Shown piece by piece: positions 17,454 to 27,896 of a stretch of 64,000 nt of DNA. Origin of the DNA: a virus (taxonomy: Duplodnaviria; Caudoviricetes); IMG/VR virus record IMGVR_UViG_3300048670_000735, positions 11,154 to 75,153 of that record, one strand, 5' to 3'. The position numbers and the translations under genes are program-made. Under the pieces are notes generated by a model. That model was not told the DNA's origin, searched no databases, and saw only the letters and a program-made list of their open reading frames with translations. The stretch's first letter is position 1; every line of letters starts with the position of its first letter.

Positions 17454-18001
17454 TGATTATTAAAGAATCTGAAATAATAAAAACAATATTTCCACCACAA
17501 GAACTAAAAGAACTACAAAAGTATGCCATGAAAATGTGGTCAACGCAACCAAATTACGATAAATCATTTGGAAGACACCAATGGGCAGACACTGAAGAAT
17601 TAAAGAAATTTCACGAGCTACTAACAGAGTTTGCAAGAGAGCATTTTGAGTCAGAAACACTCAAGCCTTCTTGGTGCCTAATGTCAGTTTACGAGGGCAA
17701 AGATGCAAAATTATGGAAACATAAAGATGATAACGCTTGCGTTTATCATATAAATCTTTGTGTATTCCAGAAGACTCCCTGGGAATTTTGGGTAGAGGGA
17801 AAGCCGTACCTATTAGAAGAAAATGATGCACTAATGACATACGGAAATGACCTAGAGCACTGGAGAGAAGAGTTTCCAGATCCTGATAATAATTTAGTTT
17901 GTAATGCTTTCTTTTTCTTTTGTGAGCCAGACCACTGGTACTTTACAGAAGGACCAGAATATCTTTACACTAATATTCGTGCACCACAAGGCGGATTATA
18001 A
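17447..18001 (+). CDS. 2OG-Fe(II) oxygenase
   Basis: LWKHKD...LEHWRE; DSBH-type pattern. Confidence 0.75.
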   Translation: MVMIIKESEIIKTIFPPQELKELQKYAMKMWSTQPNYDKSFGRHQWADTEELKKFHELLTEFAREHFESETLKPSWCLMSVYEGKDAKLWKHKDDNACVYHINLCVFQKTPWEFWVEGKPYLLEENDALMTYGNDLEHWREEFPDPDNNLVCNAFFFFCEPDHWYFTEGPEYLYTNIRAPQGGL

Positions 18002-18048
18002 AAAATATTAATGTATAATTAATTTATGCAGTACCGCCAGGAGGAACA

Positions 18049-18609
18049 ATGGCTACGAATTTCCCAAACGAAAAAGATGTTTTAGCTAATCCAAATCCAA
18101 CAGATTCTTTATCTGCCCCTTCACATTCACAGCAACATGCAAACACTAATGATGCTTTAGAGGCAATCCAGGATGCGATTGGTGTAACAAATTCATCAGA
18201 CTCAAATTCTTTAACATACAAAGTTAATACACTATCAACAACAGTTCAAACACTTGCAAACCAGTCCACTGGAATTGAAACACTTCTAGGCATTGAGGGA
18301 AACAACGATATAACAATCAATGGTATACAGAATAAGACAACCATAGACTCATACTCTGCATCAAACTACAGAACAGCAAGCTATGCTGTGCAAATAAGCA
18401 AGCCGTCAACTGGTGAGCACTATTTTTCAAATATTACAGCTATGCAAGGCACATCAGACATATATGTTTCTGAATCAAACATAGTAACAAACGCAGATTC
18501 TCCAATTGCAGTCACTGCATTTGAATCATCTGCTGGTATAATTAATCTAACAGTTACTCCAGTATCAGGCGAAGTAAAAGTTAGATATTTTAGAACCGCA
18601 TTGAAGTAA
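18049..18609 (+). CDS. Structural (fibre-associated) protein
   Basis: TNFPN..D..NP..D..HSQQHANTNDALEAIQ..G N-terminus; YRTASY beta domain paralogous to the next gene; GGAGG SD. Confidence 0.65.
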   Translation: MATNFPNEKDVLANPNPTDSLSAPSHSQQHANTNDALEAIQDAIGVTNSSDSNSLTYKVNTLSTTVQTLANQSTGIETLLGIEGNNDITINGIQNKTTIDSYSASNYRTASYAVQISKPSTGEHYFSNITAMQGTSDIYVSESNIVTNADSPIAVTAFESSAGIINLTVTPVSGEVKVRYFRTALK

Positions 18610-18637
18610 AAAAAGCAGTACAAGGGAGTCATAAATT

Positions 18638-19795
18638 ATGGCAATAGTAAACAAAAACTTTAGAGTAAAAAATGGCCTTATCGTCGACGGCTCAGTCGCA
18701 ACGGTAAATGGATATAACGTATTAACAGAAGCTTCAACTGCTTTTATCATCAATACAGTTGGCGGATCAGCTGATAGCGCAAATAACCCTAATACTGTTG
18801 TAAAGCGTGACGGTTCAGGTAATTTTGCAGCTGGAACAATAACAGCTACATTTTCTGGCAACTTAACAGGTAATGTAACAGGTACAGTATCAAGCCTTTC
18901 AAATCATAATACAGGAGCGCTTGCAGAAGGATCAAACCTATACTTTACAAATGCTCGTGCATTATCTGCAACAGCAGCCGCATACGATGCAGCAGGTGCA
19001 GCATCTAGCGCACAAGCAAATGCAGCAACAGATGCCACTACAAAGGCTAACGCAGCACAGGCTGCAGCAGCAATAGATGCAACTACAAAGGCTAACGCAG
19101 CACAGGCTGCAGCAGAAGCCACAGCAGCAGCAGCTCTTACAGCAGCAATTGCAACAGAAGTTGCAAACCGTAACACAGCAATTGGAGCAGCAGTCGATTC
19201 ATTGGTTGACGGTGCACCAGCACTACTTAACACATTAAATGAGTTGGCAGCAGCTATTAACGATGACGCTAATTACACAACAACTATTACAACAGCACTT
19301 GGAACAAAGGCTAACTCAGCTGACGTTACAGCAGCAATTGCAACTGCAAAGTCAGAAGCAGCAACAGACGCTAGCACAAAGGCTAACGCAGCACAGGCTG
19401 CAGCAGAAGCCACAGCAGCAGCAGCTCTTGCAAATGCAAAAAATGGTACAGCGTCATTTACTACAGTAAATGTAAATGATGTAGCGGCAGTAAAGGCATC
19501 TACATCAAATGTAGCATCTGCATCAACTGTAAACGCTTTAACATGGGCAGCAGCAGATTACAGAACAGCTAAGGCAATTGTTAAGTTGAAAAATGGAGTT
19601 AATACTCAGGTTTCTGAGGTATTACTAACATTAGATACAAACAACAATGTTGCAATAACAGAATTTGGAACAATTTCAACAGATCTAGATCTTGGAACAG
19701 TAACAGCTGCCTACGCATCTGGTAATGTTTCTATAGCAGTAACCACAACATATGCCTCAACAGATGTTATGGTATATGCAACACTAATTAAATAA
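18638..19795 (+). CDS. Ala-rich fibre/coiled-coil structural protein
   Basis: NKNFRVKNGL N-terminus, EGSNLYFTNARA, DATTKANAAQA repeats, LVDGAPALLNTLNELAAAI. Confidence 0.75.
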   Translation: MAIVNKNFRVKNGLIVDGSVATVNGYNVLTEASTAFIINTVGGSADSANNPNTVVKRDGSGNFAAGTITATFSGNLTGNVTGTVSSLSNHNTGALAEGSNLYFTNARALSATAAAYDAAGAASSAQANAATDATTKANAAQAAAAIDATTKANAAQAAAEATAAAALTAAIATEVANRNTAIGAAVDSLVDGAPALLNTLNELAAAINDDANYTTTITTALGTKANSADVTAAIATAKSEAATDASTKANAAQAAAEATAAAALANAKNGTASFTTVNVNDVAAVKASTSNVASASTVNALTWAAADYRTAKAIVKLKNGVNTQVSEVLLTLDTNNNVAITEFGTISTDLDLGTVTAAYASGNVSIAVTTTYASTDVMVYATLIK

Positions 19796-19859
19796 TTAAA
19801 TAAAGGGTATGGGGTCCCACCAAAACCCCAACAAAACAATTAGGGGATAGTGAACTTAA

Positions 19860-20231
19860 ATGGCAACAGTAGATAAAAACTTTAAGGTTAAGAATGGTCT
19901 TAACGTAGCAGGAGCTGCAACTTTTAATGCGGCTGTAAATGTAGACAACCTTGTATTAAATTCAACCCCCCTAGCTTTTGACTCAACAACTGGAAGATTA
20001 AAGATCCAGATTGGCGGAGTTTGGAAAGAAATTGCCCTCCTAACGGATGCGGCAGAAGATGTAAGCGCAATAACATTTATGGATATTGGATTGGCTATAG
20101 ACTACAACGGTCAGCCAATATATTCAGTTTATGCAAATGGAGTAAATACAACAGGAACAAAATTCGCTAATGGCGGAGATTATTCAACAGAAACATATAG
20201 CATGACATTCGATTCTGGAACAATTAACTAA
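19860..20231 (+). CDS. Small structural protein, N-terminus paralogous to 18638
   Basis: MATVDKNFKVKNGL. Confidence 0.65.
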   Translation: MATVDKNFKVKNGLNVAGAATFNAAVNVDNLVLNSTPLAFDSTTGRLKIQIGGVWKEIALLTDAAEDVSAITFMDIGLAIDYNGQPIYSVYANGVNTTGTKFANGGDYSTETYSMTFDSGTIN

Positions 20232-20283
20232 TTGTTTTGGAATTATTGTGGTGTTATAATTAGCAAATAAGTCTAAATAAGGG

Positions 20284-23040
20284 GTGGCAAATATGTCAAC
20301 AGTAAGAATTCAAGTAAGAAGAGGAACAGCAGCACAGTGGGCCTCAGTAAATCCAATTTTGGCAGCAGGAGAAATGGGTGTCGAGTCAGACACAAACCTA
20401 TTTAAATTCGGTAACGGGTCATCTACCTGGACCGCCCTTGCATATGCAAACAATTCAGATGTAGCGATTGGTGAAATTTCCCAAGACGCAATTAACACCG
20501 CACTTACAATGGGTGCAGGACTTTCAAAAACTTACAATGATGGTGCTAACACAATAACAATTAACGTTGATTCAAACGTAGTAGCACTTAAGTCATATGT
20601 AGATGCTCAAGTTTCAGGACTTGCAAATACAGTTGACACAGATTACATTCCACTTTCTGATCGTGGAGTTGCTGGCGGAGTTGCAGCACTAGATAACACA
20701 GGAAAAGTTCCAGCAAATCAATTAAATATTTCAGAAACAATTCAAGACGTAATTGGTTCAACTTTAGTTAGTGGAAGAGGATCAAATGTTTCTTACAACG
20801 ATGCAAATGACACACTAACTCTCACAGCTGGACTAAGAGGACAAGGCTCAGTTTCTGTAATCAACGCAACTGACAATAATGATTTAATTGTTAAATTAAA
20901 TCCAGTTGTTGCTGCTGATACAAAATTTACAGGACCTCTTGTTGAAGTGGGAACAGTAACATCAACAGATATTAATGCAACAAATGTTACAATATCTGGA
21001 AATTTAACAGTAACTGGAACAAGCACAACTGTAAACTCAACAAATGTTTCAATTGCTGATCCTATTATTCAATTAGCAGAAAACAATTCATCAGATGCAG
21101 TAGATTTAGGTTTTGTTGCAGCATTTAACAATGGCACACATCAACATTCAGGTCTTGTTCGTGACGCATCAGATGGAAGATGGAAGCTATTCTCAGGAGT
21201 TACAGCGGAACCAACAACAGTAATAGATTTTACAACATATACAAAAGACGGACTAGAAGTTGGAACACTTGTTGCAGACTCAGCAAGAATTGGAAATGTT
21301 ACTAATAATGAAATTCAACATCTAGACGGAGTCGGCTGGCCAATTCAAGGCCAAATTGATGAAAAGCTAGCTATAAGCACAGCTGCATCAACATATGCAC
21401 CAATAGCATCACCTATGTTCACTGGTACAGTAAATTTGCCAGAAGGAACAGTTACATCATACATGATTGCAAATGGAACAATTACTAATGAAGATATAGG
21501 AACTAATGCAGAAATTGCTCAATCAAAAGTTGCTAATCTTGTTGCTAATCTTGCAGAAAAGGCTACTACACATTCACCTACACTCACAGGAACCGTAGTT
21601 CTTCCTGGCACTACATCAATTGGAAGTGTCTCAGCAACAGAAATTGGTTATCTTGATGGAGTAACATCTTCAATTCAAACTCAACTTGCTCCAGTTCAAG
21701 GTTTAGTAAATTCAGTGTATGCACTTGAATCTGATTTAAATACAGCTGAAAATACAATATCTTCACTTGAGTCATCTATTGGTTCAATTAATACAACAAC
21801 AACTAGCCTTCAGACACAAATTAATACAAAGGCATCATCTGCATCACTTACAGCACATGAGGCAGATACAACAAATATTCACGGAATTGCAGATACTTCA
21901 GTTCTTGCAACAGCAACAACAGTTGCCACAGCAAAGTCTGAAGCAATTACAGCAGCAGGCACCGCAGCAGACACAAAGGTTTCAACTGCAGTAGCAGCAC
22001 TTACAAAGTCTTCAGTAGGCCTTGCAAATGTTGATAACACTTCAGATGCAAATAAGCCAGTTTCATCTGCTACACAGACAGCACTTGATGCTAAGTTAAA
22101 TCTTTCTGGTGGAACACTAACAGGAACACTTACACTATCAGGTGCCCCAACATCAGAACTTCACGCAGTAACTAAGCAATATGTAGATGGATTAGCAGCA
22201 GGAATTAATTTCCATAAGCCCGTGCTTGCTGCAAGTACAGGAAATATTTCAGTTGTATATAATAATGGAACAAATGGAGTTGGTGCAACACTAACTTCAT
22301 CATCCAATTCAACATTTACCAATATTGATGGAGCATCCATACCTTTAGACGGTAGAGTTTTAATTAAAGAACAAACAGATGCAAGACAAAATGGTGTTTA
22401 TACATTGACTAATGCTGGCTCAGCCAGTACTCCATGGATTCTTACTCGTGCAACAGATACAGATAACAATCCATCTGGAGAAGTTTCAGAAGGAGACTTC
22501 ACATTTGTTCAGGGCGGAAATACAAATATTTCAAAGGGATTTATTATGAGTACCGCAGGTACAATCGTAATAGGTACCTCAAATATTGTTTACTCACAGT
22601 TTAATGCTTCAGAAGCAATTATTGCTGGTACAAACATTACAAAGACTGGTGCAACAATTGCAGTAACAGCTTCACCAACATTCTCTGGTGCTGTTACAGC
22701 ATCATCTGGTGTAGTATTCTCAGACGGTACACAAACAAAGGTTGGCGTACCATCTATCACAACAATTGCAACAGCGATTTCATCATCAGAAACACTTGCA
22801 GCAGGAGAAGCAGATAAGTTTGTTCCACTAACTGGAGCAGTACAAATCACACTTCCTGCAACTGGATATTCAACTGGGCAGTCAATTGACTTCTACCAGT
22901 CTTCTGGTACAGGTGCATCATTTGCTTCAACAAACGGTGTTGTTGGAACTCCAGGATTAAAGTTCAGAACAACTAACTCAGTTGTAACAGCAATGAAAAT
23001 TTCAAGCGGATGGTTGGTCTTCGGAGACCTATCAGCGTAA
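20284..23040 (+). CDS. Fibre protein with Mtd-like N-terminal domain (module B)
   Basis: RIQVRRGTAAQW..NPILAAGEMGVESDT..KFGNG; GLVRDASD; VGLANVDNTSDANKP; RVLIKEQTDARQNGVY; C-terminal WLVFGDL; GTG 20284 or ATG 20293 start. Confidence 0.8.
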   Translation: MANMSTVRIQVRRGTAAQWASVNPILAAGEMGVESDTNLFKFGNGSSTWTALAYANNSDVAIGEISQDAINTALTMGAGLSKTYNDGANTITINVDSNVVALKSYVDAQVSGLANTVDTDYIPLSDRGVAGGVAALDNTGKVPANQLNISETIQDVIGSTLVSGRGSNVSYNDANDTLTLTAGLRGQGSVSVINATDNNDLIVKLNPVVAADTKFTGPLVEVGTVTSTDINATNVTISGNLTVTGTSTTVNSTNVSIADPIIQLAENNSSDAVDLGFVAAFNNGTHQHSGLVRDASDGRWKLFSGVTAEPTTVIDFTTYTKDGLEVGTLVADSARIGNVTNNEIQHLDGVGWPIQGQIDEKLAISTAASTYAPIASPMFTGTVNLPEGTVTSYMIANGTITNEDIGTNAEIAQSKVANLVANLAEKATTHSPTLTGTVVLPGTTSIGSVSATEIGYLDGVTSSIQTQLAPVQGLVNSVYALESDLNTAENTISSLESSIGSINTTTTSLQTQINTKASSASLTAHEADTTNIHGIADTSVLATATTVATAKSEAITAAGTAADTKVSTAVAALTKSSVGLANVDNTSDANKPVSSATQTALDAKLNLSGGTLTGTLTLSGAPTSELHAVTKQYVDGLAAGINFHKPVLAASTGNISVVYNNGTNGVGATLTSSSNSTFTNIDGASIPLDGRVLIKEQTDARQNGVYTLTNAGSASTPWILTRATDTDNNPSGEVSEGDFTFVQGGNTNISKGFIMSTAGTIVIGTSNIVYSQFNASEAIIAGTNITKTGATIAVTASPTFSGAVTASSGVVFSDGTQTKVGVPSITTIATAISSSETLAAGEADKFVPLTGAVQITLPATGYSTGQSIDFYQSSGTGASFASTNGVVGTPGLKFRTTNSVVTAMKISSGWLVFGDLSA

Positions 23041-23062
23041 TAGGATAAGGGAGAATACATAA

Positions 23063-23863
23063 ATGTCAAAACAATCAGGTAGAATGAGTCAATCAGCAAA
23101 TGACTTTTTGGCCCCATACGCACCCACAATAGGAACTGCAACAGATGTAGGAACTAATCGCCCATTTGGTAGCGGTGCAATTACAGTGACTTTTACACCA
23201 GACAGCCGAAACGCCGCAACATCCTTCACAGCGTCTGGTTTCTGCAGTGTTCATAACTCGATTCACTCAGCAACAGGCTCATCTTCTCCAATAACTATTT
23301 ATGGTTTTGGTTCAGGAGCTGTAACAAATATTACGGTAACGGCTACAAATGAATATGGAACATCACCAGCTTCTGACCCATCTAATTCAGTTACAGCTAC
23401 AACCGTTCCCGCTACACCAGGGGCACCGTCAGCAACAGGACAAGTAAATCAAGATACAGTTTCTTGGGTAGCTCCCTCAGACGGTGGAAAAGGAATAACA
23501 GAATATATATTAAGATCAAGTGATGGACCAACATATTCAGTGGGTTCAACTTCACGTGCAGTTGCTGAAACTGCTAATACATCACAACAATATTTTGTAC
23601 GAGCAATAAACGCAAATGGAACTTCCGTAGAGTCCTCTGGTTCTAATACGGTTACAACTCTTCCTCCTACATTCTTTTCACCACCTTCATTCTTCGCACC
23701 TCCAGGGTTCTTTGCACCTCCAGGGTTCTTCGCACCTCCAGGGTTCTTTGCACCACCTTCATTCTTTGCACCTCCAGGGTTCTTTGCACCTCCAGGGTTC
23801 TTCGCACCTCCAGGGTTCTTTGCACCTCCAGGGTTCTTTGCACCTCCAGGGTTCTGGGACTAA
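23063..23863 (+). CDS. Two-FN3 virion protein with C-terminal (FFAPPG)n tail
   Basis: APTIGTAT..VTATNEYGTS, VSWVAPSDGGKGITEY..VRAINANG; 10 FFxPPx hexamers plus FWD. Confidence 0.8.
   Translation: MSKQSGRMSQSANDFLAPYAPTIGTATDVGTNRPFGSGAITVTFTPDSRNAATSFTASGFCSVHNSIHSATGSSSPITIYGFGSGAVTNITVTATNEYGTSPASDPSNSVTATTVPATPGAPSATGQVNQDTVSWVAPSDGGKGITEYILRSSDGPTYSVGSTSRAVAETANTSQQYFVRAINANGTSVESSGSNTVTTLPPTFFSPPSFFAPPGFFAPPGFFAPPGFFAPPSFFAPPGFFAPPGFFAPPGFFAPPGFFAPPGFWD
23672..23860 (+). repeat. 18-bp coding tandem repeat x10
   Basis: ttctt(t/c)gcacctccaggg units. Confidence 0.95.
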
Positions 23864-23881
23864 TTAAATAAATTTTACCTC

Positions 23882-23910
23882 TTGACAAAATAGTTTATAA
23901 TTGATAAACT
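23882..23910 (+). promoter_or_regulatory. Sigma70 promoter of the oxygenase array
   Basis: TTGACA-17-TAAACT with extended TG. Confidence 0.75.
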
Positions 23911-23931
23911 ATAAATAAAGAAAGAGATTTT

Positions 23932-24606
23932 ATGACACAAACATGGTCAAATAAAGAAATTTTATTTCCAGGATTATGGGTATATAGAGACGTAGTTAAA
24001 CCAGAATTAAATTTGGTTCCTAGACTGCTTAACCTAATTGACAGCAGTGCTGGAAGAATTAATTGGAAAGAAGCAACTGTTGGCTATAATGAAAATAGGC
24101 CAAAGTATAGGGATTGCCAAGATATAAAAATTGGTGAAATTAAAAATCCTAACAATCCATATGATTATGAATTTAATGAAATATGGAAATTAGCAAAAGA
24201 TGCACAGTCTGGTCCAGTTGAAGATTACTGCACAGCTCACAGCGTAAGAATGGATTTTTGGGAAGTAATGAATTTTATTTCTTATGGTCCAGGGCAACAT
24301 TTTCAAGAACATGCAGATCACGGATTTTCTTATAGTGCAACCGTTTCCCTTGTTGCATATCCAAACGATGACTACGAGGGTGGAGAACTAGCTTTTCCAA
24401 AACTAGGAATTACTGTTAAGCCACGAGCAGGAGACCTATACATATTCCCTTCAAGCTATATCTATTCTCACGTGGCTCTTCCAGTTAGAAGCGGAAAAAA
24501 GTATTCTATTGTAACTATGCTTGATTATAATGACAATACGCATAACGATGAATACCGTGCATTAGTTGATAGAAGACTAGGCAATGATAAAAATAAGGGC
24601 ATATAG
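23932..24606 (+). CDS. 2OG-Fe(II) oxygenase, P4H-like
   Basis: YGPGQHFQEHAD, NDDYEGGELAF, HVALPVRSGKKY. Confidence 0.9.
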   Translation: MTQTWSNKEILFPGLWVYRDVVKPELNLVPRLLNLIDSSAGRINWKEATVGYNENRPKYRDCQDIKIGEIKNPNNPYDYEFNEIWKLAKDAQSGPVEDYCTAHSVRMDFWEVMNFISYGPGQHFQEHADHGFSYSATVSLVAYPNDDYEGGELAFPKLGITVKPRAGDLYIFPSSYIYSHVALPVRSGKKYSIVTMLDYNDNTHNDEYRALVDRRLGNDKNKGI

Positions 24607-25294
24607 AAAACAAAAAGATTCTGCAAACATATCACAGCTTTCAGTTAAGAGAGACTGGATGGATGAAACATGGGAATCTCATGCATACAAATGTTTTCCA
24701 ATAAGCCTTACAAACCAGCTGGGTTGGGGAATATCATTTCCAGAAGATATAACTTTTATATGGGATGGGATTTCAGACTCTTCTTCAGATCATGTAAAAA
24801 TATTATCAGGATTAAAATATGCACATTCAGGAAGAGGAAATGCCACAGTAAGCTTTAATACAGGCATTAGCTTTAAAACTGATGAAAATATAAGCCTATT
24901 AACAATGCCAGTTCCCAATTATTTAAGGGACGGCATTCAGCCATTTACAACATTAATGAGTACTTCATTTTTTAATGGCGAATTGCCATGTGCTTTAAGA
25001 GTAACAAGACCAAATGTTGAAATAACAATTAAAGCAAATACTCCAATATTTTCAATTCTTCCAATTAACCTTGAAGAAATTCAAGATTCTGAAATAATAT
25101 TTGAAGATCCAAGCCTTCTTCCAGAATTAAGTTTTGATCCAAAAGCTTATGGAGAAGAGGTATATAAAATAAATATGTCTGGAAAGTGGACAAATTTTTA
25201 TAGAGATGCCGTTGATCATTTAGGAAACATTTTAGGAAAACATCAAATAAAAGCAGTTAGGCTAAAGGTCCATGAGGACAAAAGCAACATATGA
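24584..25294 (+). CDS. DUF6065-like protein
   Basis: KRDWMDET..HAYKCFPISLTNQLGW signature. Confidence 0.7.
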   Translation: MIKIRAYRKQKDSANISQLSVKRDWMDETWESHAYKCFPISLTNQLGWGISFPEDITFIWDGISDSSSDHVKILSGLKYAHSGRGNATVSFNTGISFKTDENISLLTMPVPNYLRDGIQPFTTLMSTSFFNGELPCALRVTRPNVEITIKANTPIFSILPINLEEIQDSEIIFEDPSLLPELSFDPKAYGEEVYKINMSGKWTNFYRDAVDHLGNILGKHQIKAVRLKVHEDKSNI

Positions 25295-25321
25295 TAAAAT
25301 TATATAAAAGGGGTATTAAAA

Positions 25322-26017
25322 ATGATGAGACAAGATAATGAAATAATAGCAAACAGAGACATTGGTTTGCATGCTCCAAAATCAATAACCCCGTCAGGAT
25401 TCTTTGGCAATTCATCTGACAACATAGTAGAGATAGAAAACTTTTTAACAGAAGATGAAAGAGCAAGACTAATTGATTTTGCAATGAATAATAAAGTTTG
25501 GGATCAAACAGAAAGCCATGTCGATGAAGATGGCCTTGTCCTTTATGATGCTAACATATGGAAAGATAGAGTTTGTACATATCATTCTTTAATGAAATCA
25601 GATCCAAGTATACTAGAATTAATTAATTCTATGATTGCAAGATTAAAAATTGAAGTAGATAAATTTTTTAATGTTGATGCAAAAGAAACTGGACCAGCAA
25701 TTGTAAGGTGGCCAATAGGTGCAAGACAAGAACCACATGCAGATAAAGAATTTCACACTGGAATAGAAAAAGGAAGACCGAATGATTTTCCCTGGTATGA
25801 TCTAGCAGGCTTATTTTATTTCAATGATGATTATGAGGGTGGAGAATTATATTTCCCACAACATGGAATTGAGTTTAAACCAAAAGCAGGAGCAGCTTAT
25901 TTTTTTCCAGGAGACATGAACTATACTCATGGAGTTAGACCAGTAATCTCTGGAAATAGATTTACCTCCCCATTTTTTTGGACCATAATGAAACATTTGG
26001 ATCAAGTTGAAAAATAA
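25322..26017 (+). CDS. 2OG-Fe(II) oxygenase, P4H-like
   Basis: QEPHAD, YFNDDYEGGELYF, HGVRPVISGNRF. Confidence 0.9.
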   Translation: MMRQDNEIIANRDIGLHAPKSITPSGFFGNSSDNIVEIENFLTEDERARLIDFAMNNKVWDQTESHVDEDGLVLYDANIWKDRVCTYHSLMKSDPSILELINSMIARLKIEVDKFFNVDAKETGPAIVRWPIGARQEPHADKEFHTGIEKGRPNDFPWYDLAGLFYFNDDYEGGELYFPQHGIEFKPKAGAAYFFPGDMNYTHGVRPVISGNRFTSPFFWTIMKHLDQVEK

Positions 26018-26642
26018 TAACTGTTTAATTGATGACAATTTTTTGCTTGATGAAGAAATAGATTATTTACAGCAAATAATGTATTCTTATGAAAATACTT
26101 TTAATTGGATATATACTCCTACAGGAAACATGGACGCTGGCGATTATCGAGCAGTACACACTAAAAATACAAACAATTCAATGCAATTTATTCATACAGC
26201 AAAATTAGGAAAAATAGAATATTCAAATTTTTCAAAAGATGCCGAAAGAGTTCTATATAAGTTTTGTAAAAAAAACAATATAGAGGTTATAGATGTTTTT
26301 AGAATTAAAGCTAATTTAATTCCAAAACAAAATGATTATTTGCAAACAAATATGCCACACGTAGATAATGTTATTGATATTATTCCTGAACATACAGAGG
26401 GAGAGCATTATGTTTTTTTGTATTATGTAAACGATTCAGACGGCCCAACAGTAATCTTTAATGAAAAATATAATGGAGAAAAAAAAGATATCTTTTCTAT
26501 AAAACAAAAAATTAACCCATTAGCTGGAAGAGGCATATTGTTTAATGCAGACCAGTACCACGCCTCATCTATACCTAAAAAAACAAATTTAAGATGTGTA
26601 ATAAACATTAATTTAATAGGAAAAAAAATAAATGATAATTGA
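26007..26642 (+). CDS. 2OG-Fe(II) oxygenase (cyanophage-type)
   Basis: RIKANL, PHVD, LYYVNDSDGPT, YHASSIP..RCVININ. Confidence 0.85.
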   Translation: MKNNNCLIDDNFLLDEEIDYLQQIMYSYENTFNWIYTPTGNMDAGDYRAVHTKNTNNSMQFIHTAKLGKIEYSNFSKDAERVLYKFCKKNNIEVIDVFRIKANLIPKQNDYLQTNMPHVDNVIDIIPEHTEGEHYVFLYYVNDSDGPTVIFNEKYNGEKKDIFSIKQKINPLAGRGILFNADQYHASSIPKKTNLRCVININLIGKKINDN

Positions 26643-27072
26643 AAATTTAACCAAAAAAGAAATAGAGGCTTCCAGAGTCCTATTAGATCTGACCCTGGGC
26701 ATAGAGCATTCAGGTAAATCTTTTTTTAGTCATTTATACAACACATTTTATATATTAAAAAAAATGAATTTAGACGAAGATACATGCCTGGCAGGAATGT
26801 ATCATTCGATATATGGAACAGAGTATTTTAAGATAGACAAACAGGTGCAAAAAGATGAAGTTATTAAAACAATTGGACAAAAAGCAAATAAATTGGTAGA
26901 ATATTTTTGTACAGAAAATAGAAATGATTTTATTTTAAACGGTAAAATAGAAGATCAAGATAGGCTTTCTTTATTGTATATTTTATATGCAAACGAAATA
27001 GAGCAAAGAGGCGAAAAAAACATTTTGTTTTTAAATAAAATAAAAGAAGAAATAGGAAAGAGATTGCTATGA
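26632..27072 (+). CDS. HD-like helical protein (DUF6817-like)
   Basis: HSGKSFFSHL..CLAGMYHSIYGTEYF. Confidence 0.7.
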   Translation: MIIENLTKKEIEASRVLLDLTLGIEHSGKSFFSHLYNTFYILKKMNLDEDTCLAGMYHSIYGTEYFKIDKQVQKDEVIKTIGQKANKLVEYFCTENRNDFILNGKIEDQDRLSLLYILYANEIEQRGEKNILFLNKIKEEIGKRLL

Positions 27073-27896
27073 CAAACTTAGAGTATATTGAGCTATATCC
27101 AAGAATAGATGTTTATAGAAATGTTTTAAAAGATCCGCAGGCTTTATATCAAACTATGAAAAAATCTGAGGAAACTTCAAATGGAGAATACTTTTTAAAA
27201 ACTTGGGATGCATGGGCAAAATTTGGAACCTACACTCAGAAGAAAGACTTGGCTGAAGTTTCAGAAGATACAAAAACTAAAGATATGTTTATTGAAGAAA
27301 AAGATTTTGCAGATCAGGTTGAAGCAGCTTATGATTTAGTTTTGTTGGATTACATAAAAAGACACAATGTTGAGTTAAAACCTGGTTGGCATTTTAGCGG
27401 TTGTTCTTTTTCAAAATATAAAGATGGAGTAGACACTCTAAAAAATAAAATGACAATGCAGTACCACACTGATTTTATTATTGCAGAAAGAGAAATGCCT
27501 GGATCTAAGTTTCAATTAACATGCACAATGTACATAAACGATGACTATCAAGGCGGAGACATAGAATTTTTTATTGATGGAAAGCTAATTAACCATAAGC
27601 CACAAGCAGGAGACATTCTTGTCTTCCCATCAGATGAACCATACTTTCATGGAGTTAAAACAATATACAATGGTCAAAAGTTTTTTGTAAGAAATTTTGT
27701 AATGTACCCTTACGATGGAAGCCCTGAATGGCTAGCAAATCAAAAACAATTTGGTGCAGTAAATTGGATGAAAAAAGAATTTATTAGGCTAGAAGAGGCT
27801 ACAAAAAGAAACATGAAATATGTTGAAGATGGCGTAGAAATTCCAGTAGAGATTGCACACGCAAACCATAATGTAGAGTCAAAGGAAAGTATGTAA
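27069..27896 (+). CDS. 2OG-Fe(II) oxygenase, P4H-like
   Basis: MQYHTD, YINDDYQGGDIEF, HGVKTIYNGQKF. Confidence 0.9.
   Translation: MTNLEYIELYPRIDVYRNVLKDPQALYQTMKKSEETSNGEYFLKTWDAWAKFGTYTQKKDLAEVSEDTKTKDMFIEEKDFADQVEAAYDLVLLDYIKRHNVELKPGWHFSGCSFSKYKDGVDTLKNKMTMQYHTDFIIAEREMPGSKFQLTCTMYINDDYQGGDIEFFIDGKLINHKPQAGDILVFPSDEPYFHGVKTIYNGQKFFVRNFVMYPYDGSPEWLANQKQFGAVNWMKKEFIRLEEATKRNMKYVEDGVEIPVEIAHANHNVESKESM

Noticed and set aside
19020-19430. Direct repeats (aaaggctaacgcagcacaggctgcagcag) as mobile-element or recombination sites
   Set aside because: They encode DATTKANAAQA coiled-coil repeats within one fibre gene
12100-23040. Diversity-generating retroelement suggested by the Mtd-like domains
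   Set aside because: Only the N-terminal Mtd-like domain is present; no reverse transcriptase and no TR/VR pair differing at adenines was seen
23672-23860. Repeat arrays here and at 16654-16875 as CRISPR arrays
   Set aside because: Units are contiguous, multiples of 3 and in frame within CDSs, with no unique spacers and no cas genes
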